Under the pieces are notes generated by a model. It did no database searches, was not told the origin of the DNA, and worked only from the letters and a program-made list of their open reading frames with translations. A stretch of DNA of 64,000 nt from Eledone cirrhosa. Taxonomy: Eukaryota. The position numbers and the translations under genes are program-made. Shown here one piece after another: positions 15,361-29,930 of this stretch (the first letter of the stretch is position 1; each line of letters opens with the position of its first letter). The stretch spans positions 29,760,001 to 29,824,000 of the forward strand of contig OZ024740.1 of the NCBI GenBank assembly GCA_964016885.1, given 5' to 3'.

Positions 15361-18280
15361 TGTTAGCTGTCGGGACACTGCATCCTTTAAACACTGCATG
15401 GAACAAACTACATGCATCAGTTGTTAGCTGTCGAGACACTGCATCCTTTACAACCTACATGTAACAAACTAGCTGCATCAGTTGTTAGCTGTCAAGACAC
15501 TGCATCCTTTAAAAGTTCCATGGAACAAACTACCTGCATCAGTTGTTAGCTGTCGGGGCACTGCATCCTTTCAAACCTCCATGGAACACACTACCTGTCT
15601 CAGTTGTTAGCTGTCGAGATATTGCATCCTTTAAAATCCCATGGAACAAACTACCTGCATCAGTTGTTAGCTGTCGATACACTGCATCCTTTAAAACCTT
15701 CATGGAACAAACTACCTGGATCTGTTGTTAGCTGTCGGGACACTGTTCCCTTTAAAACCTCCATTGAATAAACTATTTCCATCAGTTGTTAGCTGTCGAG
15801 ACACTTCATCCATTAAAATCTCTATGGTACAAACTACCTGCATCAGTTGTTATCTGTCGGGACACTGCATCCTTTAACACTTTCATGGAACAAACTACAT
15901 GCATCAGTTGTTAGCTCTCGAGACACTGCATCCTTTAAAACCTACATGGAACAAACTACCTGCATCAGTTGTTAACTGTCTAGACACTGCATCCTTTAAA
16001 ACTTCCATGGAACAAACTACCTGCATCAGTTGTGAGTTGTAAAGACACTGTTTCCTTTAAAACTTACATCGAAGAAACTACCTGTATCAGTTGTTAGCTG
16101 TCGGGACACTGCATCCTTTAACACTTTCATGGAACAAATTACCTGTCTCAGTTTTAGCTGTCGGGACACTGCACGCTTTAAAACCTCCATGGAAAAAACT
16201 ACATGCATCAGTTGTTAGCTCTCGAGACACTGCATCCTTTAAAACCTACATGGAAAAAACTCCCTGCATCAGTTGTTAACTGTCTAGACACTGCATCCTT
16301 TAAAACTTCCATGTAACAAACTACCTGCATCAGTTGTGAGCTGTAAAGACACTGTATCCTTTAAAACTTACATCGAAGAAACTACCTGTATCAGTTGTTA
16401 GCTGTCGAGACACTGCATCCTTTAAAACCTCCATGGAACAAACTACCTGCATCAGTTGTTATCTGTCGGGACACTGCATCCTTTAAAACTTCCATGGAAC
16501 AAATTACCTGCACCAGTTGTTAGCTGTCGGGACACTGCATCCTTAAACACTTTCATGGAACAAATTACCTGCATCAGTTGTTAGTTATCGAGACACTGCA
16601 TCCTTTAAATCTTCCATGGAACAAACTACCTGCATCAGCTGTTAGCTGTCAAGAAACTGCATCCTTTAAAACCCTATGGAACAAACTACATGCCTCAGTT
16701 GTTAGCTGTCGGGACACAGCATGGTTTAAAACTTCCATGGAACAAAGTACCTGCATCAGTTTTAACTGTCGGGACTCTGCATGCTTTAAAACATCCTTGG
16801 AAAAAATTACCTGCATCAGTTGTTAGCTGTCGGGACACTGCATCCTTTAAACACTGCATGGAACAAACTACATGCATCAGTTGTTAGCTGTGGAGACACT
16901 GCATCCTTTACAACCAACATGTAACAAACTATCTGCACCAGTTGTTAGCTGTCAAGACACTGCATCCTTTAAATCTTCCATGGAACAAACTACCTGCATC
17001 AGTTGTTAGCTGTCGGGGCACTGCATCCTTTCAAACCTCCATGGAACACACTACCTGTCTCAGTTGTTAGCTGTCGAGATATTGCATCCTTTAAAAGCCC
17101 ATGGAACAAACTACCTGCATCAGTTGTTAGCTGTCGAGACACTGCATCCTTTAAAACCTTCATGGAACAAACTACCTGGCTCTGTTGTTAGCTGTCGGGA
17201 CACTGTTCCCTTTAAAACCTCCATTGAATAAACTATTTCCATCAGTTGTTAGCTGTCGAGACACTTCATCCATTAAAATCTCTATGGTACAAACTACCTG
17301 CATCAGTTGTTATCTGTCGGGACACTGCATCCTTTAACACTTTCATGGAACAAACTACATGCATCAGTTGTTAGCTCTCGAGACACTGCATCCTTTAAAA
17401 CCTACATGGAACAAACTACCTGCATCAGTTGTTAACTGTCTAGACACTGCATCCTTTCAAACTTCCATGGAACAAACTACCTGCATCAGTTGTGAGCTGT
17501 AAAGACACTGTTTCCTTTAAAACTTACATCGAAGAAACTACCTGTATCAGTTGTTAGCTGTCGGGACACTGCATCCTTTAACACATTCATGGAACAAATT
17601 ACCTGTCTCACTTTTAGCTGTCGGGACACTGCACGCTTTAAAACCTCCATGGAACAAACTACATGCATCAGTTGTTAGCTCTCGAGACACTGCATCCTTT
17701 AAAACCTACATGGAACAAACTACCTGCATCAGTTGTTAACTGTCTAGACACTGCATCCTTTAAAACTTCCATGGAACAAACTACTTGCATCAGTTGTGAG
17801 CTGTAAAGAAACTGTATCCTTTAAAACTTACATCGAAGAAACTCCCTGTATCAGTTGTTAGCTGTTGAGACACTGGATCCTTTAAAACCTCCATGGAACA
17901 AACTACCTGCATCAGTTGTTATCTGTCGGGACACTGCATCCTTTAAAACTTCCATGGAACAAATTACCTGCATCAGTTGTTAGCTGTCGGGACACTGCAT
18001 CCTTAAACACTTTTATGGAACAAATTACCTGCATCAGTTGTTAGTTGTCGAGACACTGCATCCTTTAAATCTTCCATGGAACAAACTACCTGCATCAGCT
18101 GTTAGCTGTCAAGAAACTGCATCCTTTAAAACCCTATGGAACAAACTACATGCCTCAGTTGTTAGCTGTCGGGACACAGCATGGTTTAAAACTTCCATGG
18201 AACAAACTACCTGCATCAGTTTTAACTGTCGGGACTCTGGATGCTTTAAAACATCCTTGGAAAAAATTACCTACATCAGT
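15361..18280. repeat. Tandem duplication of a 1460-bp (~24-monomer) block, more diverged than those to its left
   Basis: 15361 matches 16821 (TGTTAGCTGTCGGGACACTGCATCCTTTAAACACTGCATG). ORF pairs 15543/17003, 16026/17486 and 16578/18038 are offset by 1460, with several differences in each pair. Confidence 0.9.
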
Positions 18281-21200
18281 TGTTAGTTGTCGAGACACTG
18301 CATCCTTTAAATCTTCCATGGAAAAAATTACCTCAACCAGTTGTTAGCTGTCGAGACACTGCATCCTTTAAAACCTCCATGGAACAAACACCCTCCATCA
18401 GTTGTTCGCTGTCGAGACACTGCATCCTTTAAATCTCGATGGAACAAAGTACCTCCCTAAGTTGTTAGTTGTCGGGGTACTCCATCCTTAAAATCGTCCA
18501 TGGAACAAACTACCTCACTCAGTTGTTAGTTGTCGGGGCATTGCATCCTTTAAAACTTCCATGGAACAAACTACCTCCATCAGTTGTTAGCTGTCGGGAC
18601 ACTGCATCCCTTAAAACCACATGGATCAAACTACCTGCATCAGTTGTTCGCTGTCGGTATACTTCATCTTATAAAACCTCAATGGAAAAAACTACCTGCA
18701 TCGGTTCTTAACTGTCGAGTCACTGCATCATTTAAAACCTCCATGGAACAAGTGCCCTCCATCAGTTGTTAGCTGTCGAGACACTGTATCCTTTAAATCC
18801 AGATCGACCAAACTACCTCCCTCAGTTGTTAGTTGTTGGGGCACTGCATCCTTTAAAATTTCCATGGAAACAACTAGCTCCATAAGTTGTTATCTTTCGG
18901 GACACTGCACCCTTTAAAACCTCCATGAAACAAACTACCTGCATCAGTTGTTAGCTGTCGAGACACTGAATCCTGTAAAACCTCCATGGAATAAACTACC
19001 TGCATCAGTTGTTAGCTGTCGGGATACTGAATCCTGTAAAATCTCCATGGATCAATCTCCCTGCGTCAGTTGTTAGCTGTCGAGACACTGCATCCTTTAA
19101 ATCCCGATGGATCAAACTACCTCCCTCAGTTGTTAATTGTCGGGGCACTGAATCCATTAAAACTTCCATGGAACAAACTACCTCCATCAGTGGTTATCTG
19201 ATGGGACACAGCATCCTTTAAAACCACCATGGAATAAACTATTTCCATCAGTTGTTAGTTGTCGAGACAATGCTTCCTTTAAAACCTCCATGGAAGAAAC
19301 TACCTGCAGCAGTTGTTATCTGTCGGGACACTGCATCTTTTGAAACCTCCATGGCACATCTCCCTGCATCAGTTGTTAGCTGTCGAGACACTGCATCCAT
19401 TAAAATCTCTATGGTACAAACTACCTCCCTCCGTTATTAGTTGTCGGGACACTGCATCCTTTAAGACTTTCATGGAACAAATTACCTGCCTCAGTTTTAG
19501 CTGACGGGACACTGCATCCTTTAAAACATCCTTCGAACAAATTACCTGCATCAGTTGTTAGCTGTCGGGACACTGCATCCTTTAAAACTTCCATGGAACA
19601 AACTACCTGCAACAGTTGTTAACTGTCGAGACACTGCATCCTTTAACACTTTCATGGAACAAATTACCTGCCTCAGTTGTTAGGTTGTCTAGACACTGCA
19701 TCCTTTAAAACCTCCATGGAACAAACTACCTGCCTCAGTTGTTAGTAGTCTAGACACTGCATCCTTTAAAACATAGATGGAACAAACTACCTGCATCAGT
19801 TGTTAGCTGTCGTGATACTGAATCCTGTAAAACCTCCATGGAACAAACTACCTGCATCAGTTGTTAATTGTCGGGACACTGCATCTTTTAAAACTTCCAT
19901 GGAACAAACTACCTGCAACAGTTGTTAGCTGTCGAGACACTGCATCCTTAAACACTTTCATGAAACAAAATACCTGCCTCAGTTGTTAGTTGTCGAGACA
20001 CTGCATTCTTTAAATCTTCCATGGAACAAACTAGCTCCATCAGTTGTAAGCTGTCGAGATACTGCATCCTTTAAAACTCCATGGAACAAACTACCTGCAT
20101 CAGTTTTTAGCTGCCGGGACACTGCATCCTTTAAAACTTCCATGGAAGAAACTACCTGCATCAGTTGTTAGCTGTCGAGACACTGCATCCTTTAAAACCT
20201 CCATGGAACAAACTATTTTCATCAGTTGTTAACTGTCGAGACACTGCATCCTTTAACACTTTCATGGAACAAATTACCTGCCTCAGTTATTAGTTGTCGA
20301 GAGACTGCATTCTTTAAATCTTCCATGGAACAAACTACCTGCATCAGTTGTTAGCTGTCGAGACACTGCATCCTTTACAACCTCCATGGAACAAACTACC
20401 TGCCTCAGTTGTTAGCTGTCGGGACACTGCATGCTTTAAAACCTCCATGGAACAAACTATTTTCATCAGTTGTTAGCTGTCGAGACACTGCATCCTTAAA
20501 CACTTTCATGGAACAAATTACCTGCCTCAGTTATTAGTTGTCGAGAGACTGCATTCTTTAAAACCTCCATGGAACAAATTACCTGCCTCAGTTTTAGCTG
20601 ACTGGACATTGCATCCTTTAAAACATCCTTCGAACAAATTACCTGCATCAGTTGTTAGCTGTCGGGATACTGCATCATGTAAAACCTCCATGGAACAAAC
20701 TACATGCATCAGTTGTTTGCTCTTGGGACACTGCACCCTTTAAAACCTCCATGGAACAAACTACCTGTCTCAGTTGTTAGCTGTCGAGATATTGCATCCT
20801 TTAAAAGCCCATGGAAAAAACTACCTGCATAAGTTGTTAGCTGTCGAGACACTGCATGCTTTAAATCTTCCATGGAACAAACTACCTGCATCAGTTGTTA
20901 GCTGTCGAGACACTGCATACTTTAAAACCTTCATGGAACAAACTACCTGCATCAGTTGTTAGCTGTAGAGACACTGCATCCTTTAAAACTTCCATGGAAC
21001 AAACTATTTTCATCAGTTGTTAGCTGTCGGGACACTGCATCCTTAAACACTTTGATGGGACAAATTACCTGCCTCAGTTGTTAGTTGTCGAAACACTGCA
21101 TCCTTTAAATCTTCCATGGAACAAATTACCTGCCTCAGTTGTTAGCTGTCAAGAAACTGCATCCTTTAAAACCCTATGGAACAAATTACATGCCTCAGTT

Positions 21201-24200
21201 GTTAGCTGTCGGGACACAGCATGGTTTAAAACTTCCATGGAACAAACTACCTGCCTCAGTTGTTAGTTGTCTAGACACTGCATCCTTTAAAACATAGGTG
21301 GAACAAACTACCTGCATCAGTTGTTAGCTGTCGGGATAGTGCATCATGTAAAACCTCCATGGAACAAACTACATGCATCAGTTGTTAGCTGTTGGGACAC
21401 TGCACCCTTTAAAACCTCCATGGAACAAACTCCCTGCATCAGTTGTTAGCTGTAGGGATACTGAATCCTGTAAAACCTCCATGGAACAAGCTCCCTGCGT
21501 CAGTCGTTAGCTGTCGAGACACTGCATGCTTTAAATCCCTATCGAACAAACTACCTGCCTCAGTTGTTAGTTGTCGGTACACTGCATCCTTTAAAACCTC
21601 AATGGAACAAGCTACCTGGATCTATTGGTAGCTGTCGGGACACTGTTCCCTTTAAAACCTCCATGGAATAAACTATTTTCATCAGTTGTTAGCTGTCGAG
21701 ACACTGCATCCTTTAAATCTTCCATGGAACAAACTACCTGCATCAGTTGTTAGCTGTCGTGACAATGCATCATTTAAAACCTCCAAGGCACAAACACCCT
21801 GCATCAGTTGTTAGCTGTCGTGACACTGCATCCTTTAAATCCCGATGGAACAAACTACCTCCCTCAGTTGTTAGTTGTCGGGGAACTGCAGCCATTAAAA
21901 ATTCCATGGAACAAACTACCTACATCAATTCTTAACTGTCGAGACACTCCACCCTTTCAAACCTCCATGGAACAAACTACCTGCATCAGTTGTTATCTGT
22001 CGGGACACTGCATCCTTTAAAACTTCCATGGAACAAACTACTTGCAACAGTTGTTAGCTGTCGGGACACTGCATCCTTAAACACTTTCATGAAACAAAAT
22101 ACCTGCCTCAGTTGTTAGTTGTCGAGACACTGCATTCTTTAAATCTTCCATGGAACAAACTAGCTCCATCAGTTGTTAGCTGTCGAGACACTGCATCATT
22201 TAAAACCCCATGGAACAAACTACATGCCTCAGTTGTTAGCTGTCGGGACACTGCATCCTTTAAAACTTCCATGGAAGAAATTACCTGCATCAGTTGTTAG
22301 CTGTCGAGACACTGAATCATTTAAAACCCCATGGAACAAACTACATGCCTCAGTTGTTAGCTGTCGAGATACTGCATCCTTTAAAACTCCATGGAACAAA
22401 CTACCTCCATCAGTTTTTAGCTGTCGAGACACTGCATCATTTAAAACCCCATGGAACAAACTACATGCCTCAGTTGTTAGCTGTCGGGACACTGCATCCT
22501 TTAAAACTTCCATGGAAGAAACTACCTGCATCAGTTGTTAGCTGTCGAGACACTGCATCATATAAAACCCCATGGAACAAACTACATGCCTCAGTTGTTA
22601 GCTGTCGAGATACTGCATCCTTTAAAACGCCATGGAACAAACTACCTGCATCAGTTGTTAGCTGTCGAGACACTGCATTCTTTAAATCTTCAATGGAACA
22701 AACCACCTGCATTAGTTGTTAGCTGTCGAGATACTGCATCCTTTAAAATCCCATGGAACAAACTACCTGCATCAGTTGTTAGGTGTCGAGACAGTGCATC
22801 ATTTAACACTTTCATGGAACAAATTACCTGCATCAGTTATTAGTTGACGAGAGACTGCATTCTTTAAATCTTCCATGGAACAAACTACCTGCATCAGTTG
22901 TTAGCTGTCGAGACAATGCATCCTTTAAAACCTCCATGGAACAAACTACATGCCTCAGTTGTTAGCTGTCGGGACACTGCATGCTTTAAAACCTCCATGG
23001 AACAAACTATTTTCATCAGTTGTTAGCTGTCGAGACACTGCATCCTTTAAACCCTCCATGGAACAAACTACCTGCATCAGTTGTTAGCTGTCAGGACACT
23101 GCATTCTTTAAAACCTCCATGGCACAAACACCCTGCATCAGTTGTTAGCTGTCGAGACACTGCATCCTTTAAATCCCGATGGAACAAACTACCTCCCTCA
23201 GTTGTTAGTTGTTGGGGAACTGCGTCCTTTAAAAATTCCATGGAACAAACTACCTGCATTAGTTGTTAACTGTCGAGACACTCCACCCTTTAAAACCTCC
23301 ATGGAACAAACTACCTGCATCAGTTGTTAGCTGTCAAGACACTGCATCCTTTAAAACCTCCATGGAACAAACTACCTGCATCAGTTGTTATCTGTCGGGA
23401 CACTGCATCCTTTAAAACTTCCATGGAACAAACTACCTGCAACATTTGTAAGCTGTCGGGACACTGCATCCTTAAACACTTTCATAAAACAAAATACCTG
23501 CCTAAGTTGTTAGTTGTCGAGACACTGTATACTTTAAATCTTCCATGGAACAAACTAGCTCCATCAGTTGTTAGCTGTCGAGACACTGCATCACTTAAAA
23601 CCCCATGGAACAAACTACATGCCTCAGTTGTTAGCTGTCGAGATACTGCATCCTTTAAAACACCATGGAACAAACTACCTGCATCAGTTGTTAGCTGTCG
23701 AGACACTGCATCCTTTAAAACCTCCATGGAACAAACTATTTTCATCAGTTGTTAGCTGTCGAGACACTGCATCCTTTAACACTTTCATGGAACAAATTAC
23801 CTGCATCAGTTGTTAGCTGTCAAGACACTGCATCCTTTAAAACCTCCATGGAACAAACTACCTGCATCAGTTGTTATCTTTCGGGACACTGCATCCTTTA
23901 AAACTTCCATGGAACAAACTACCTGCAACAGTTGTTAGATGTCGGGACACTGCATCCTTAAACACTTTCATGAAACAAAATACCTGCCTCAGTTGTTAGC
24001 TGTCGAGACACTGCATCATTTAAAACCCCATGGAACAAACTACATGCCTCAGTTGTTAGCTGTCGAGATACTGCATACTTTAAAATACCATGGAACAAAC
24101 TACCTGCATCAGTTGTTAGCTGTCGAGACACTGCATCCTTTAAAACCCCCAAGGAACAGACTATTTTCATCAGTTGTTAGCTGTCGAGACACTGCATCCT

Positions 24201-27200
24201 TTAATACTTTCATGGAACAAATTACCTGCCTCAGTTATTAGTTGTCGGGACACTGCATTCTTTAAATCTTCCATGGAACAAACTACCTGCATCAGTTGTT
24301 AGCTCTCGAGACACTGCATCCTTTAAAACCCCATGGAACAAACTACATGCCTCAGTTGTTAGCTGTCGGGACACTGCATGCTTTAAAACCTCCATGGAAC
24401 AAACTATTTTCATCAGTTGTTAGCTGTCGAGAGACTGCATCCTTTAAAACCTCCATGGAACAAACTAACTGCATCAGTTGTTAGCTGTCGGGACACTGCA
24501 TCCTTTAAAACCTCCATGGAACAAATTACCTGCCTCAGTTGTCAGTTGTCGAGACACTGCATCCTTTAAATCTTCCATGTAACAAACTACCTGCATCAGT
24601 TGTTAGCTGTCGAGACACTGCATCCTTTAAAACCCCATGGAACAAACTACATGCCTCAGTTGTTAGCTGTCGGGACACTGCATGCTTTAAAACCTCCATG
24701 GAACAAACTATTTTCATCAGTTGTTAGCTGTCGAGACACTGCATCCTTTAAAACCTCCATGGAACAAACTAACTGCATCAGTTGTTAGCTGTCAGGACAC
24801 TGCATCCTTAAACACTTTCATGGAACAAATTACCTGCCTAAGTTGTCAGTTGTCGAGACACTGCATCCTTTAAATCTTCCATGGAACAAACTACCTGCAT
24901 CAGTTGTTAGCTGTCGGGACACTGCATCATGTAAATCCTCCATGGAACAAACTACATGCTTCAGTTGTTATCTGTCGAGACACTGCATCCTTTAACACTT
25001 TCATGTAACAAATTACCTGCCTCAGTTATTAGTTGTCGAGACACTGCATTCTTTAAATCTTCCATGGAACAAACTACCTGCATCAGTTGTTAGCTGTCGA
25101 GACACTGCATCCTTTAAAACCTCCATGGAACAAACTATTTTCATCAGTTATTAGCTGTCGAGACACTGCATCTATTAAAACCTCCAGGGAACAAACTACC
25201 TACATCAGTTGTTAGCTGTCGGGATACTGCATCATGTAAAACCTCCATGGAACAAACTACCTCCCTCAGTTGTTACTTGTCGGGGCACTGCATCCTTTAA
25301 AACTTCCATGGAATAAACCACCTCCATCAGTTGTTATCTGTTGGGACACTGAATCGTTTAAAACCTACAAGGAACAAACTACCTGCATCAGTTGTTAGCT
25401 GTCTGGACACTGCATCCTTTAAAACCTCCATGGAACAAATTACCTACATCTGTTGTTAGCTGTCGAGACAATGTGCCTTTTAAAACCTCCATGGAATAAA
25501 CTATTTTCATCTGTTGTTAGCTGTCGAGACACTACATCCTTTCAAACCTCCATGGAACAAACTACCTCCATCAGTTGTAATCTGTCGGGACACTGCATCC
25601 TTTAAAACATACATGGAACAAACTACCTGCATCAGTTGTTAGCTGTCGAGATACTGCATCCTTTAAAACCCCATGGAACAAACTACATGCATCAGTTGTT
25701 ATCTGTCAAGACTCTGCATCCATTAAAACCTCAATGAAACAAATTACCTGCATCAGTTGTTTGCTGTCGAGACACTGCATCCTTTAAATCCCGATGGAAC
25801 AAACTGCCAGCCTCAGTTGTTAGTTGTCGGGGCACTGCATCCTTTAAAACTTCCATGGAACAAACTAGCTCCATCAGTTTTTAGCTGTCGAGACACTGCA
25901 TCTTGTAAAACCTCCCTGGAACAAACTACCTGCATCAGTTGTTAGCTGTCGAGTCACTGCATCATTTAAAACCTCCATGGCACAAACTCCCTGCATCAGT
26001 TGTTCGATGTCGAGACACTGCATCCTTTAAATCCGGATGGAACAAACTACCTCCCTCACTTATTAGTTGTCGGGACACTGCATCCTTTAACACTTTCATG
26101 GAACAAATTACCTGCCTCAGTTTTAGCTGCCGGGACACTGTATGCTTTAAAACATCATTCAAACAAATTACCTGCATCAGTTGTTAGCTGTCGGGATACT
26201 GAATCCTGTAAACCCTCCATGGAACAAACTACCTGCATCAGTTGGTAGCTGTCGAGTCACTGCCCCGTTTAAAACCTCCATGGAACAAGCTCCCTGCGTC
26301 AGTTGTTAGCTGTCGAGACACTGCATCCTTTAAATCCCGATGGAACAAACTACCTCCCTCAGTTGTTAGTTGTCGGGGCACTGCATCCTTTAAAACCTAC
26401 AAGGAACAAACTACCTGCATCAGTTGTTAGCTGTCGGGACACTGCATCCTTTAAAATCTCCATGGAACAAACTAGCTGGATCTATTGTTAGCTGTCGGGA
26501 CACTGCATCCTTAAACACTTTCATGGAACAAATTGCCTGCCTCAGTTGTTAGTTGTCGAGACACTGCATCCTTTATATCTTCCATGGAACAAATTACCTC
26601 CCTCAGTTGTTAGCTGTCGGGATACTGCATCCTTAAAAACTTTCATGTAACAAATTACCTGCCTCAGTTGTTAGTTGTCGAGACACTGCATCCTTTAAAT
26701 CTTCCATGGAACAAACTACCTACATCAGTTGATAGCTGTCGAGACACTGCTTCCTTTAAAATATCCATGGAACAAACTACCTGCATCAGTTGTTAGCTGT
26801 CGGGACACTGCATGCTTTAAAACCTCCATGGAACAAACAACCTGCCTCAGTTGTAGTTTGTCTAGACACTGCATCCTTTAAATCTTCCATGGACCAAACT
26901 ACCTGTATCAGTTGTTAGTTGTCTAGACACTGCATCCTTTAAAACCTCCATGGAACAAACTACCTGCATCAGTTGTTAGCTGGCGGGATACTGCATCATG
27001 TAAAACCTCCATGGAACAAACTACATGTATCAGTTGGTAGCTGTCGAGTCACTGCCCCCTTTAAAACCTCAAGGAATAAACTCCCTGCGTCAGTTTTTAG
27101 CTGTCGAACACTGCATCCTTTAAATCCCGATGGAACAAACTACCACCCTCAGTTGTTTGTTGTCGGGGCACTGCATCCTTTAAAACTTGCATGGAACTAA

Positions 27201-28294
27201 CTACCTCCATCAGTTGTTATCTGATGGGACAATGCATCGTTTAAAACCTCCATGGAACAAACTACCTGGATCTATTGTTAGCTGTCGGGACACTGTTCCC
27301 TTTAAAACCTCCATGGAATAAACTATTTCCATCAGTTGTTAGCTGTCGAGACACCGCATCCTCTCAAACCTCCATTGAACAAACTACCTGCCTCAGTTGT
27401 TATCTGTCGAGACACTGCATCCTTTAAAACGCCATGGAACAAACTACCTGCCCCAGTTGTTACCTTTAACACTTTCATTGAACAAATTACCTGCCTCAGT
27501 TTTAGCTGTCAGGACACTGCATGATTTAAAACATCCTTCGAACAAATTACCTTCATCGGTTGTTTGTTGTAGAGACACTGCATCCTTTAAATCTTCCATG
27601 GAACAAACTACCTGCATCAGTTGTTAGCTGTCGGGAGACTGCATCCTTTAAAACCTCCATGGAACAAACTATTTTCATCAGTTGTTATCTGTCGAGACAC
27701 TGCATCCTTTAAAACCTCCATGGAACAAACTACCTGCATCAGTTGTTAGCTGTCGGGATACTGCATCATGTAAAACCTCCATGGAACAAGCTACCTGTAT
27801 CAGTTGTTAGCTGTCGAGTCACTGCATCATTTAAGACCTCTATGGAACAAACTCCCTCCATCAGTTGTTAGCTGTCGAGACACTGCATCTTTTAAATCCC
27901 GATGGAACAAACTACCTCCCTCAGTTGTTAGTTGTCGGTGCACTGCATCCTTTAACACTTCCATGGAACAAACTAGCTTCATCAGTTGTTATCTGTCGGG
28001 ACACTGCTTCCTTTAAAACTTCCATGGAACAAACTACCTGCATCAGTTGTTAACTGTTGAGATACTGCACCCTTTAAAACTTCCATGGAACAAACTACCT
28101 GCATCAGTTGTTAGCTGTCAAGACACTGCATCCTTTAAATTTTCGATGGAACAAACTACCTGCATCAGTTGTTATCTGTCGGGACACTGCATCCTTAAAA
28201 ACTTTCATTTAACAAATTACCTGCATCAGTTGTTAGTTGTCGAGACACTGCATCCTTTAAATCTTCCATGGAACAAACTACCTACATCAGTTGA

Positions 28295-28780
28295 TAGCTG
28301 TCGAGACACTGCTTCCTTTAAAATATCCATGGAACAAACTACCTGCATCAGTTGTTAGCTGTCAAGACACTGCATCCTTTAAATTTTCGATGCAACAAAC
28401 TACCTGCATCAGTTGTTATCTGTCGTGACACTGCATCCTTTAACACATTCATGGAACAAATTACCTGCCTCAGTTGTAGCTGTCGGGACACTGCATCATT
28501 TAAATCTTCCATGGAACAAACTACCTGCATCAGTTGATAGCTGTCGAGACACTGCTTCCTTTAAAATATCCATGGAACAAACTACCTGCATCAGTTGTTA
28601 GCTGTCAAGACACTGCATCCTTTAAATTTTCGATGCAACAAACTACCTGCATCAGTTGTTATCTGTCGTGACACTGCATCCTTTAACACATTCATGGAAC
28701 AAATTACCTGCCTCAGTTGTAGCTGTCGGGACACTGCATCATTTAAATCTTCCATGGAACAAACTACCTGCATCAGATGT
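28295..28780. repeat. Local tandem duplication of a 243-bp (4-monomer) block
   Basis: ORFs 28348/28591 and 28352/28595 are offset by 243. The variant AAATTTTCGATGCAAC occurs at 28381 and 28624. Confidence 0.85.
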
Positions 28781-29780
28781 TAGCTGTTGAGACACTGCAT
28801 CCTTTAAAACTTCCATGGAACAAACTACCTGCATCAGTTGTTAGCTGTCGGGACACTGCATCCTTAAACACTTTCATGGAACAAATTACCTGCCTCAGTT
28901 GTTAGTTGTTGAGACACTGCATCCTTTAAATCTTCCATGGAACAAACTACCTGCATCAGTTGTTAGTTGTCCGGGCACTGCATCCTTTAAAACTTCCATG
29001 GAACAAACTAGCTCCATCAGTTGTTAGCTGTCGAGACACTGCATCTTTTAAAACCCCATGGAACAAACTACATGCCTCAGTTGTTAGCTGTCGGGACACT
29101 GCATGCTTTATAACTTCCATGGAACAAACTACCTGCATCAGTTGTTAGTTGTCGAGACACTGCATCCTTTAAAACCCCATGGAACAAACTACCTGCATCA
29201 GTTGGTAGCTGTCGAGACACTGCATCCTTTAAAACCCCATGGAACAAACTACCTGCATCAGTTGGTAGCTGTCGAGACACTGCATGCTTTAAAACTTCCA
29301 TGGAACAAACTACCTGCATCAGTTGTTAGCTGTCGAGACACTGCATCCTTTAAAACTTCCATTAAACAAACTACCAGCATCAGTTGTTAGCTGTCGGGAC
29401 ACTGCATCCTTAAACACTTTCATGGAACAAATTACCTGCCTCAGTTGTTAGTTGTCCAGGCACTGCATCCTTTAAATCTTCCATGGAGCACACTACCTAC
29501 ATCAGTTGTTAGCTGTCGAGATACTGCATCCTTTAAAACCCCATGGAACAAACTACATGCCTCAGTTGTTAGATGTCGGGACACTGCATGCTTTAAAACT
29601 TCCATTGAACAAACTACTTGCCTCAGTTGTTAGTTGTCTAGACACTGGATCCTTTAAAACTTCCATAGAACAAATTACCTGCCTCAGTTGTTAGTTGTCT
29701 AGACACTGGATCCTTTAAAACTTCCATTTTCCCGAAATTTGCCAATACTACACCTGATATTCCCCTTCCATACACTCGCA

Positions 29781-29804
29781 TGCATGTGTGTGTGTCTGTG
29801 TGTA
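29781..29804. repeat. Short imperfect (TG)n microsatellite
   Basis: TGCATGTGTGTGTGTCTGTGTGTA. Confidence 0.7.
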
Positions 29805-29930
29805 TATTATGACCCAAACACTATTCATATTTCGGACATTTGTACATTATTCTATCTACTATACATGCACATTTGATGAATTGTAGTGCACCTGAGCACT
29901 GTACACAATAATTTTCATTATTTTTATCAT

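Larger units (their letters stand above)
1..29727. repeat. 61-bp satellite DNA tandem array (>=29.7 kb, roughly 490 monomers, runs off the left edge)
   Basis: Continuous head-to-tail monomers with consensus CATCAGTTGTTAGCTGTCGAGACACTGCATCCTTTAAAACCTCCATGGAACAAACTACCTG (61 nt), plus 60- and 59-nt deletion variants. The array ends abruptly mid-monomer at ...TTTAAAACTTCCAT (29727). Copy number is estimated as length/61. Confidence 0.98.

Noticed and set aside
356-29694. Well over a hundred 60-143-aa ORFs (MLAVETLHPLK..., ..WNKLPASVVSCRDTASFKT..) as a repetitive protein family
   Set aside because: The monomer is 61 bp, not a multiple of 3. Each ORF cycles through the three frames of the repeat until the recurring TAG/TAA, and longer ORFs arise only where 60-bp variants cluster. 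Most start at TTG. These are artefacts.
1-29727. CRISPR array
   Set aside because: There are no unique spacers between repeats (the whole 61 bp is homologous from unit to unit), no cas genes, and the context is eukaryotic.
1-29727. Tandem tRNA, 5S or snRNA gene array
   Set aside because: The monomer shows no recognisable A/B boxes, cloverleaf, Sm site or similarity to an RNA gene I know, and it is shorter than a tRNA.
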